Source: Spongospora subterranea f. sp. subterranea (taxonomy: Eukaryota). Taken from it: a stretch of 64,000 nucleotides of DNA. The DNA is taken from assembly GCA_049724395.1 (NCBI GenBank), contig JAUGWO010000007.1, positions 186,001 to 250,000 of the forward strand, written 5' to 3'. A model generated the notes under the pieces. It saw only the letters and a list, made by a program, of their open reading frames with translations. It did no database searches and was not told the DNA's origin. Both the position numbers and the translations under genes were made by a program. Shown in pieces: positions 25,918 to 38,200 of the stretch (position 1 is its first letter; the number at the start of each line of letters is the position of its first letter).

Positions 25918-28308
25918 TTATGTTTGATTAGCAATAGACATCCATCCGAACTGAAATTGCTGTGAATTAACGTTGCGAATTAGCACCAACCACCGCTTAT
26001 GGCGCGGATCCCTAAAATCAAAAAGGGTTAGCGAAGAACGTAATATGCAGGCAATCGACAACCATTCCGGCAAGGTATTCAGCGTCGCTAAAGATGCAAA
26101 TCCAAAGCCCACACCAATACCAGAGGCCAACGAGAATCCACCTTTGTGCACAATGGCGACCAAACTGCATGTCTCCCCAACGTCGGAAGGGCAGCTCCAT
26201 TTATTCTTATGGATCCGTAATTGATCACACATGTCCTTACTAGGAACGAAAACAAGAGCGTTGTCATATGGAACTCCTTTGAAGCACATGTGAAGTCGCA
26301 CCCGGATTAGACAATGTGAAGAGATATCACAAGTGAGCGACTGGCCTGTATCAACGATATGTGAAATCTGAGGTCTATCTCGTAAAACAAAAAAGACTGA
26401 TGATTTGTCCGCAGATTGGCTGACTGCACAAAGTTCATTCATCGGTGTCGAAAATGGGCTTTCAACGGGGAGAAGGAGACCCCAATCAGGTTGGAATGGA
26501 CTCACGATTTTGTTGACCTCAAAATTCACACGTTTCGCTTTGGGAGTCCTTTCATGTTTGGAAGCAAATCCAGCAGCAATATATGCTGCATACATTGCGC
26601 CAGCTTTAGTATCAGGATACCCATCTGGAAATGACGGCACACCTTGTTCAAACATTATATTTCGCCTATCGTTGAACCCGATAGCTCTGGCGCCCTACCG
26701 ATAGGTAGAGTTCAGACGATATATAACGGTTTGGATAAGGGCATTACCGCGTAAATAAGTGACTTCCAGAACGCCATACCCCACCCTTTCGGTAGAATCA
26801 GGTCCCATCCCGAATTCGAATTGCTGTTTTGTGATTCCCTATAAAGGCGCTGTACTAAAAGTACGGGTACAGATGTACAGTTGGGATCTGCTTGTGAAAC
26901 GGAATTAGTGAACGTTTTTGTTTTAACCAAACTCAATTCCGACCTAGTATACTGCTGGAGACACGATCTCTGTAGTCAGGAGACCATAATAACGATTGAG
27001 AGAGATCATGAGACCAATTCCGAAGCAGATTATCCACAAGAATCTCTGTAGCGGGTGCGATGCGATTATTGTTATCGGTCAATTCACAAACAGGTGGTAG
27101 ATGCTGCGCTGTGGAGAAAGTTTTTGGATTTTTAACTTGAAGACCAAGGACTGCACCAGAAGGCAATGAAGATTGTGTGCGCACTGATGATAAAGCATTC
27201 CAAACCTAAGGGACCATATTACAGACCATGAACACCAGTAAACGTCGGCATTACCCTAGATTGGTTTTCTGGACAAGACTCATCATGGCGAAGCACATTG
27301 GATAAAACCGACTGACATCGATTTCCGGAAAGTTCAAATTTGAGCAACTCTGTGGACACAATAGATACAGATGGGGTTGATGACAAGCAACGATGCAGTA
27401 GAGCAGACACGACATCATGCACGGCAGGGTGAATCCAAAACCAGAGAGCCGGCGATGACGGGTTTGGATTACACATGATATTACAAGCAGCGATAGCTCC
27501 ATATGGATACCGATCGGTCTCATGAATCATGGTTTGGCGACATCGATAGTCAGTTGAAGATAGTTTGAAGGCGATATTATCAGGTGGTAATATCGAGCGA
27601 AAAGCCTGGATTATCATATCAAGGTCCCCGGTGATTTCCAGGCAACTGGTCGCTGAAGCATCAAAAACTGTGCAGAAATGTTGCGACGCTTTGAATGTCG
27701 CACGTTGACCTAAAAAAACAGATTGGTAACGGTATATATTAATAAGAGGAATTGCAGACCTTTATCAGTAGGCTCCAACGACAAGCGATATCCCCACATA
27801 TTTTCCATATGCATTCGCTTTGCATGCCATAAATGAGTTTCAAGCCGGCAATGCTTACTGAATCTCCTCTCAGATTCGCTCATGAAATTTGATGGTCGGC
27901 GTCGTTCACGCCGTTTAGGCTTTCCTCTAGGCTTTAGTTGAACAGCGTCCATCTCATCTCTAGCGCGCTGACGTAATCTAGCAGGAAGGCGATATATATT
28001 GTGAGAGCTTGCGCGGCGACGAAGATGTCGCGGCACATCTTGTGAAGCCCGATTGTTTGAAATAGTACTTGACAGCGCTCGTTTCAAAGAAGCTATCTCT
28101 GCTAACCGAGCAGCGGCGAATTCTTCGACAATGATAGTCTGCGGCGATGGTTTATCAGATCCCACCAATATCCCGGTATCTCGACGAAATAAGCAAATCT
28201 TACTCGTGGCAAAGCCTGAGGTATCACCGGTGCGGCATCCCGATTGAGCTGATTATGAACTAGACGACTTTTGCGGTCTTTGCGAGATGCACCTTGTGCA
28301 TTCGCCAT
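25918..28308 (-). CDS. POP1: RNase P/MRP protein subunit POP1
   Basis: FAAARLAEI, QDVPRHLRRRASSHN, LETHLWHAKRMHM..WGYRL, LWFWIHP, GWDLILPKGWGMAFW, PSFPDGYPDT, and C-terminal VLIRN. Confidence 0.93.
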
Positions 28309-28995
28309 ATCCGCTTGCAAATAGGTATAGGAATAATTGCAGGTCCAATCCTGCCTGTTATGGAGGAGGCCGTAACAATCCCGCCACGGATCAACACCGC
28401 AACCGGTTGAGCTGTCAGCCGTCAATGGTGCACTCAATTCAACCTCAGCACAATTGGCCAGCAGAACGAATACACACTAATCGCTTGACCATGCAGCAGC
28501 TTATCTGTCGTTATGCTGCGCGGGTTCAGATTGCACCTTGGTGGGTGTACGATTCTCGCCAGATCAACCGGTTCTGATCAGTGGAAAAACGGGTAGATAC
28601 CGTTTCGATCTGCTGACGGATTTTTTGGTCACGCTTTCACAAAACATTCGAAAACTTTCTGTTTGCAACAGCTCTGAACGCTTATCCAATGGTTGAAAAA
28701 ATAGGAATGTTTGAAATCTCCGATTGGACATAAATATCGATGAAATTTCGTTTTTCTTTGCTTTGCCCAGTGATTTCGCGTAATCTTTCGAGATATATAT
28801 TGCCCTGTTATTTATAGCATTCGTTGGACATGTTAACAACCCGGTAAGACATATTATCAAACCCAGTGGGGAAGTTGGAACTGCTGTTGAATTCTGGTGA
28901 ATTCTGGATGATGGTGGTGCGTTATAAACTGTACCTCTGAATCGATCCACTGCTCTGATAATGTACCAGACGGGCCATGGTCAAAAGCTATATGA

Positions 28996-31421
28996 ATGTC
29001 TGACTCTTCTCGGAACGTTGAGTCTGAAAATGAGCGCACCATTGAAGTGTTTTGTCGCGTGCGCCCTACGAAGAAACTCAGCCGCCTATACAGTTTAGAG
29101 GATAATGAAACCATCACGTTCAATGTGCCTCACGAGCAATCAGCTGGAGTTGTCAACAACCAGAAAGAGATATTCCAAGGATTCCCTTTCGCCCAGGTAT
29201 TTGATCAACATGTCAAGCAGGAAGATATATTCGACCACGTAGCAAAGAAAGTCGTCAACAACGTTATTGATGGCTATAATGGGACCATATTCGCCTATGG
29301 ACAAACCGGATCTGGAAAGACATTCACAATTACAGGCGGACCTGAACATTACTCCGATCGAGGGGTGATCCCGAGGTCGATCAACGCCATCTTCTCCCAC
29401 ATTGACGCTAATCGGAGCCAGGCTATGTTCGCTGTGCATATCTCATATCTGGAGATCTATAACAACAACGGTTACGATCTACTTGACCCCGATCATGATA
29501 ATAAGAGTATCTTCACGTCCTAGATCAGTCCGCTTGGGCAAATGACGTTTTCTGATCATTTCCCGTTGTTCAGAACTGGAGGATCTCCAAAAAGTGGTAC
29601 TGATGGATGATGAAAACGGGAATACGCGCCTGTCCCATATTTCAGTTCAACCTGCGTCGTCTGCCGAGGACGCTCTGAACTGGCTCTTTATCGGAGACAC
29701 AAACCGTGTGATTTGTGAGACACCTATGAACGATGCCTCTTCACGGTCGCACTGCATATTCATGATCGCATTGGAGACGAGATGTTTGCGCACCGATATG
29801 ATTCGTCGATCCCGCCTCAACCTTGTGGACCTGGCTGGAAGCGAGCGAACGGCCAAAACCCAGGTCGACGGTCGCATATTGACTGAGGCCAGGGCGATCA
29901 ATCTGTCTCTGCACTATCTCGAGCAATGCATCGTGGCGCTGCACGAAAAGGTTTTAGTCGGTGATGAGCACCTGTCTATCCACATTGATGATGGAGAATT
30001 TGTTCAGGCGCAAGGCAAAAGGGTTCATGTTCCCTATAGAAATTCAATGATCACTTCTATTTTGAAGGACAGTTTGGGTGGGAATTGCAAGACGGTGATG
30101 ATTGCCAATATCAATGCCGATGATTCGCACGTTATTGAGTCCATATCGACTTGTCGATTCGCCCAACGAGTTGCAATGATATCGAATTCTGCGACAATCA
30201 ACGAAGAACTTGACCCGTCTTTGATCATTCAGCGGTTGAAACATCGCGTTGAAGAGTTAGAAGCGCGTCTCTCAGGTATTCACAATACCGATGATTGTCG
30301 ATAGTCATGACGACGACTGCCGTAGTTTACGAGCAAGGCGAATCGGGCACTGCTGCCGAAGATGCGTCCAGGACATTAGATCCCCACAAGATATCTCAAT
30401 TAGAATTGCAGATTGATGGGTTTCTGGACAGAGATGACGACGGATTGGTGTCGGCTCTGATAGATCTGCCAAAAGGTCAATTGTCACACAGTTTCCTTTA
30501 CCTGAAAAGGTGCATCAAATCGAACGTCAAGCAAAGGTTAGCGGGGAGGATCATTTTCTAAGAAGATATGCGAATCAATGCTGTCTTAGCGCCAATGAAC
30601 ATATTGACCCAGTCGTTGTGAAGAATTTGAAGTCGCTGGTCGATTCGCGCGATAAAGAAATCGCCATTTTAGTTGGAATGCTGAAGGCAGAAGGCATAGG
30701 GACCCGTGAACATCGGTCGAAAACCACTGTCCAGGTCGAAGCAGCTATTGCGGCAACTGGTGCAAAGCTTACCAACGACCAAACTGATGACCTTGTCGAC
30801 CGGAATAGAGCATATGAACTATTCCGTCAAGACCATCCCCTCACCGTATGGATATCGTTCGAATTCGTAGATTTGAGGCTTCTTACCTTCATATAGGTCA
30901 CTATTCAAAAAAGCATCGACGAACTCAAATCGAAATTTCAAAATGCGAAATCAATGGGGGAACGAATCGGCTCATTGATGAAAGATATTGACAAGGCTAA
31001 AGCAGTAATTCAGCAAAGACGCCTAGCTGAATCCGTTCGACGGGTATCCGATGGTGAACATGGTGATGCTGTCGATGATGGCGAGGTGATTGAGCTGCAA
31101 GATAAGATGAATAGAGATAAGCAGATTTATGGTGCAACTGTATCGGCGTTGAAGCAAATCAAGGCCGAGATCGAACATATACAACGATTTCTATCCAAAT
31201 CCACAGCGAAAATGCAATCAGAGTTTGAAAGAGGGTAAGATATTTCACTTTTGAATCATGGGCCAGATGTGATTGGGCTTAGATGGGGAGAACGACAACG
31301 ACCTGCTTTTGGAGAAGTTTCACGCGTATCGGTGAATCCCAAGATCGGTGACGCTTCCGTTGATGCGGATATTGACGCATTCTACACAATCAGCCGGCAA
31401 TTGGTTGGAAAATCTAGATGA
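28996..31421 (+). CDS. KIF6: Kinesin-9 family motor (KIF6-like)
   Basis: GYNGTIFAYGQTGSGKTFTITGG, GDTNRVICETPMNDASSRSHCIF, LVDLAGSER, ESISTCRFAQRVA, INEELDP, and C-terminal DADIDAFY typical of KIF6. Confidence 0.88.
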
Positions 31422-31876
31422 GTGTAGTATTGACAAGTGGGTAATACGGGTATAATAGCATGAATACATATAGTCACTACCAATGACAATGTTATTGAAT
31501 TATGGGAGCCAATGTAATGGCTACAAGTCGTGTTTGAAAACATGCAATGGGCTCTTGAGGCTCAAAATTTAACAGGGGGGCAATTATCCTAAATACTTGA
31601 TCGCCGTTGGTATTGACGGTATGGTTCAACAATAGATCCGAGACACGAACATTGCCATCCGTTGTGTTGAACCGAACTCTGTCATTATCTGTACTCTAGA
31701 ACTATTGGGGAGAACATGGCATGCGTTCTCCACTCCATAACCCATGTTGCGCCAATGAGCTTCTCATGTCTTCTTGGTTACTTTCCTGGTCAGAACCGAT
31801 TTCGAATCAGCAGAGCCAGACTTGGGCGATGACAGTGACAAGGACGAAGATGTGTTCTTTGATCCAAAGAACGAGG

Positions 31877-32130
31877 CTCCCTGGTGCTGTCAACCCAACA
31901 CACCCTCGTTATCCTCCCCTGGCGCTGTCAACCCAATACACCCTCGTGATCCTCCCCTGGTGCTGTCAACCCAATGCACCCTCGTTATCCTCCCCTGGTG
32001 CTGTCAACCCAATACACCCTCGTGATCCTCCCCGCTGTCAACCCTCCCCTGGTCAACCCAATACACCCCCTCGTTATCCTCCCCTGGTCAACCCAATACA
32101 CCCCCTCGTTATCCTCCCCTAGTCAACCCC
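31877..32130. repeat. 38-bp minisatellite (about 4 copies) degenerating into shorter variant units
   Basis: Unit ctggtgctgtcaacccaatacaccctcgttatcctccc at 31881, 31919, 31957 and 31995, followed by shortened cctcccctggtcaacccaatacaccccctcgttat copies. Confidence 0.95.
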
Positions 32131-32293
32131 GCTATACATTGATTAGCATGGCACTGTACCCGCCTATGATCATGATCTAGTTAATGACCTCAGGCAGTCA
32201 CAGGGCCCCAAGGGAACAGGGACAGCCATTAGTTATACACCCATATAATCAAGAACCACTGGACCCGCTAGTGGAGCTCATCCGGTAATCATC

Positions 32294-35200
32294 ATGGAGT
32301 CGGAGGCCGATAAAGCCGCCAATTCGCCCGAGATGATCTGGTTACGAAAGAGGATAGAGGATACGCTAAGAGGCACAACGAATAAAGACAAGTTTGCGAA
32401 ATCATTTGAATCTGAGGAGACAGCGTATGAGATTGGGGTGTGGACCCATTGCTTCAGTAACTGAGATGTGAGGAAATGCAGGGCATCTATAGCTGCATTC
32501 ATGAAGCAAAGTGAAGTGAAGACATTATCAGTATATCCTGGTGGAACTGAACCGTTCAAGGTAACGATTATAATCAGATCACCATCTGGAATACATGTTC
32601 ATCATCGGAACGTGATTAGGCATCTAATGCGGCTCCTGGAACCTTTAAGAAGAAGGCGCTTCTAATGCTGAAGACAAAAGATATGGTTGTGACCTCAACC
32701 AACTACTCAGACGTGATATGTATGGAATACATGCCCAATCCTCTAGAAAATCTATCGTATATGGTACAAGATGTTATGAAGCCCCTCATATCCAATCCTG
32801 TTAATCGTCAATCGTGGTCGGAACCGGCGGTGAAAGACATCACGAATCGCTTAAATACATTCTCTTCCGTCCTGTACGTGGCGCTGGGGCAATCGAAAGG
32901 CAAAACGCTTCTACCGTTTCCTCCACAGCACATCTATAGTAAAGAGTTTGTCTTCGAACTTTTGAGATAAGGCGCCACAATCACTCATGCTCATTGTCTT
33001 AGGTTTCCAGTCAAGGAAAGGATTCACATCATTGAAACATTCGTTGTCGGATGGAGCAAGCAAATCAAAGCTGTTCTCAGGTTAGACCCGGAGTCGTTAA
33101 TCAAGTCGGGCACCCATCCGAATCCAATTGCCGAAATCGATTTCTGGCAGAACAAATCTCAAAATTTAAATTCTATCAATACCCAGGTTGCATTTCATTT
33201 TCACACACAAAGCTAGTATGGCTGATTAAGTGGTCTAGATTACGTCTCCTGCTATGGCCAATGTGCTTGCCATTCTGGAAAAAGCCCAGAGTACGTTAGG
33301 GGCTCAGTTCGAAAAGCTGACGGCTGATGTCGTCAGCGCCAAATACGAAGCGAACCAAAACAGCAAGTACCTGTCGACACTCCGGGGATATTTTACGAAG
33401 TTGAATGAAGAACTCGATTTCCCGAAGTAAGCTGATGAGCACATCATTGCTTACTTGTTTAACGTACTGATTGAAAACTTGTTCAGGCTTGTTAATCTGT
33501 ATCTACCCATATTGCATACAATGCTGTTGATATGGAAAAGTTCAGACTCGTATAACACCAGCTCCCGCCTTGTCGTTCTAGTTCGAGAGATTTGCAACTC
33601 CATTATCGAACAAGCGAGGAAATTTGTCTCTGGACCAGCCTTATTCCGGTTGATGGAGGATGACAATATCAATGACGCCGTACAAATTCTCCACACTACC
33701 GTCGAGGTTTGCTCAAAGTTCAAAGTCGCATTCGCTGCTTGCCAAGAGCTATCGTTGACCAATCTACCCGATGATCGTAAATGGGGAGCTAATAACGACA
33801 TCATGTTTTCGCGTCTAGATTTGTTTGTTGAACGCTGTGAGGATATTCTAGATTTTACCAAGATTGTGTTGGAGTTCAGTAAATTAGAAAAGGTCCATAT
33901 TGGAGGGACTAAAGGCAAATCGTTAACTGATACATTACGGCAAGTACATATTGGTAAAATCAGATCCATAACGGCACAAAAGCGAAATTATCCTTACAAA
34001 ATTATGCAGATTTCTCAAAGAGCATCGAAACGTTCAAGGGAGTACCTTATGATATAATGGACGTCAATGCTAAAGAATTCGACGACGATTTCTACCGGTT
34101 TCGGCTGCAGATCAAGGAACTTGATCGGAGAGTAGCTAAAGTGCTATCGACAGCTTTCCTTGATAGCGCTACAATATTTTCTCGATTTAGTCTGCTTGAT
34201 GGGTTTGAAGGACTTCTTGATCGCCCCATCATCCAGAACGAGCTGCATAAAAAGAAGCCAATGCTGCTTCAACAGTATGCAAGTGATCTTCGAATCGTGC
34301 AAGAACTCTTTCTAGAGCAAAAAGGTGATTGAGTTGAGCATTGTGGATGTGATGATGTTCTTGATAAAATGAATTTAGATTCTCCCCCGATTCATTCCAA
34401 TCAGCCCAAAACGGCTGGAGCCTTGTGCTGGTGTCGAGGGCTGATTGACCGAATTGTTAAACCTATGGCCAAATTGAGGCAGTTCTCTACAGTCGAGGAG
34501 CTAGCCCAAGATGAAAACCAAGAGATCACGAAGACAATGAATACGGTTGTGGAGACAATGACAGCGTATCAAAACGAGAAAGTTGAACAATGGAAGAAAG
34601 AAATTGACCAGACATCTCAAGAAAGTCTTCGAAAGCCATTATTGAGATACAATTCACAGACAGAGCGTACGTCAGCAGAAATGATCGCTGTGAATTTTGC
34701 TAACTGGTTTTTTTTTTCAGATTACTCTGTTAATTTCGATGATGATATTGTTCGGTTACTGCGAGAAGTGAAATATTTATTAGATCAGGATGTGGATGTA
34801 CCTGAAACAGCTATCTCCATATTCAGCCAAGCCCAAACATATCGAATGCAGATAACTAATCTCCAATTGATTGTGAACATATTTAACGAAATGGTGATCA
34901 CATTGAACCCCATCGAGCGACCGCTGGTCGAGAAGTCCCTAGCCAAGATCAACGAAGAAATTCTTCCAGGAGTTAGCGAATATAATTGGAAATCGAAAAC
35001 CGTCAATGAGTTTATCATGTCGGGAATGGAGAATGTTCAAAAAGTTTATGACGTTGTTCAAGTTATGAAGCGAAACTTCAAATCGATCATAAAATTGATG
35101 GAGGAAGTGGCGAAACCGTTGATCGACCGGAAGAACAAGGCATTATCTCCTCAAGATTTCGAGGACAATCTGAACAAATTACGCAAATCACGATTCGAGG

Positions 35201-38200
35201 AGATATCTAAAGCTGGCGTCCAAATACAGAAATTGATTGCCAATACTGGAGACACATTGAAGGTGGGATGAAATTCTTTACCTCAGATGGTACCTCGTTA
35301 ATTAATCACGTTGTTAATTTTCAGATATCGAAGGGCGCCCCAACTTGGAAGGTGTATGTCCAATATCTCCAAGAACATGTTAGACAAGGTCTTGCCAAGG
35401 TGATCTCGATGCCAGTCCGTTCACCATAAGCGGTTCTAAAATTCCTATAAGGTCCTGTCTTCATCCGTCGAGTTTGTGATTGAGAATATCGATCATGAGA
35501 AGATTCAAGCCACAGAGCTTCCGCCAATGATGGAGATCAAACTTGGGCTTTACAATAAGGATGTTTTATTCAACGCTAAAGATCTGCACATATTAACCGC
35601 ATCGACAAGTGGAACTGACATATGGCTTATGGTCAGGATCACCTTTTATATTCAGTCAAAATGGTTTCTGACTGAGAGATTTGGGCTGTATCGATAGGTT
35701 AATTCATGGGTGGAAGGATTCTTCGAAATCGGGAAGATCATCCCTCGAGTCGACGCGAACGAGGGGGACTACACAACTGACTTGAAATCTGATCCTAATA
35801 TTGTCAAGCTCATGGCGAATTTCAGCCGACATCTGGCTAGAAATCAGGAGCTGTGCAATGATTATCGAAATATGTTCATGCAATTTGAAGATTTATGGAC
35901 GAAAGACAGGAATATTGATTTCCGTGACTTTTTGATATCGGAACGAGCGGCCGCAGATTCGTCATCTACCGGTGCTGGGAATAAAGGAGAAGGCGTCAAT
36001 TCTGATGGCGTAGCCGTTTTAGAAGAAGGCGCTAACGAAAATGATGGCAATAATTCTCAGGCTAATGGTTTACCGCCGTTGAGCGCTTTTGAGGCCAAAA
36101 TAATGCACTACAAGAGCATTCAATTCAAGATAGACGAGATGAAGACGTCAATAGAAATCGGCTGGTTGAGAATCAATGCTCAACCTATCAAACAGGCTCT
36201 GTCCACATGGGCAAGTAAATGGATTCATACGTACACATCATTCCTGCAGAATCAAATCACCAGGCAACTCGTTGGACTCGACAACTTCATGAATCAGGTA
36301 AACAATAATATCACTGGGATCAAGGGGAAAGAGCTTATGGTTTGGGCGTCCTAGATCACTCTTGGACTTGAAGCTGATATTCCAGAAGGGGATACTGACG
36401 CGCTAGAAAGGAGCCTGACGTTCATTCACGAGGTTCGCACACGTAATGCGTCAACGATGGCCTCATTTGCCCCATTACACGCAATGGTGAGTCTTCTCAA
36501 GAAACATGGGATGACGTTAAAGGAATATGAGATCAAAATGCTGGACGATGCTCCAGTACGATGGGAGTTTACTGTTGATAAAGTCTATAAAGTAATACTC
36601 GGCATTGAGTTGCAATCCATTTCACAGCTCAATACCCTCTTTCAAAGGTAAAGGAGAAGATAACTCCCTTCCAAGATCGTGGTGTCAATAGCATCAACCT
36701 GAAATCGGAAGCGTTTGCCGATCAGCTACGGGTCTTCAGGACAGCATTTAGAGACGAGGCACCTTTTTCGTTTGATATTCAACCTCATGAGGTTATGTTG
36801 TGTGGTCGCCCACACCTCTATCCAGCGATGCTAACCCTGATATAAATACTATAGGCGTACAAGAACATCTCGTATTTTGACACCCAAATCACCATCGTGG
36901 AAAAAGCGGCAGCGGAGCTGAATCGACTGGAAGGGCTATTTGAGCTGAGTATATCCAGTTATAGAGAGATTCCATTATCAAGGAAAGAGAATAGGCTTTT
37001 GAAGATCTTATGGGATATGATATCAATGGTCTCATTCTTGTTCGCGGATTGGAAAACCACCCTATGGGACTCAATAGACACAGAATCCCTCATGGAAAAG
37101 GCCAAGAATTTACAGAAACGGATTGGCGCTTTGCCTAAAGAGATGCGAGGATGGAAAGCATACGCTGGTAGGCGCTCAAGCGGACTTTGACCGCAAATAT
37201 GATTTTAATCATAAGATCAACAGGGCTTCAAAACGATGTTAAGAACATGATGACGGTTCTACCCCTTGTGAACCTGCTCCATTCTCCATCAATGCAGGAT
37301 CGACATTGGACTCAATTGATGAATGTGACTCAGAAACAGTTCACAATGGGTCCTCAGTTCTGTCTCTCTGATCTTCTAGCGCTCGAGCTTCATAAGTATA
37401 TTCCAATAATATTTATAATCAAATTTTCTCACCTTTTCTGGTCAGATTCGTGACAGACGTTGAAGAGATCGTAGAGCTAGCTACGAAGCAGAATAAAATC
37501 GGGAATCAGCTCAAGAAGATCGCCGCTCAATGGATCGATCTTCCCTTACAGTTTGGCGCTCATCGCGATGTTCCTAGCGTGTTGGTGATCAAAGCCCCCG
37601 ATGAGGTTCTATTAGCTCTGGAAGAGAATATGGCTATGCTGCAAGGAATAGCAGGCCAGGGTCGATACGTTGAACACTTTATCAGTGAAGTTGAGAAGTG
37701 GCAAAGCGATCTCGGCACAACAGAGACAGTTTTACATGACTGGCTGGAAGTCCAGGGAAAATGGTCCAGCTTACAGAGCATTTTCATTAGCTCACAAGAT
37801 ATCAGAGTGCAATTACCAGAAGATAGCAAACGGTATGTGGCATAAACGTAGTCAACAGCGTACCGCTGCAATCAAATCAACATATCAATCATGCTCATTG
37901 TCTAGATTCGATGGAATTGATACTGATTTCCGGGAGTTGATGAAAGAGGCATCAAATCTACCCAATACTATACAGGCGTGCACATGGCCTGGACGATCAC
38001 AACTCTTGGTTGACATGAAATCTGGACTTGAAAAATGTGAGAAGAGTTTGAATCAATATCTGGAGACAAAAAAGGTCAGAATCATTTCCAAGAACGACTT
38101 ATAGAGAATGGCTTTTGAATAGACATATCAACAGGTCGCATTCCCCAGATTCTACTTTTTAAGCAATACAGCATTATTGGATATTCTCAGCAACGGCAAC

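Noticed and set aside
31721..32180. Pro-rich ORFs over the 38-bp array
   Set aside because: By-products of the repeat; all three frames give similar peptides.
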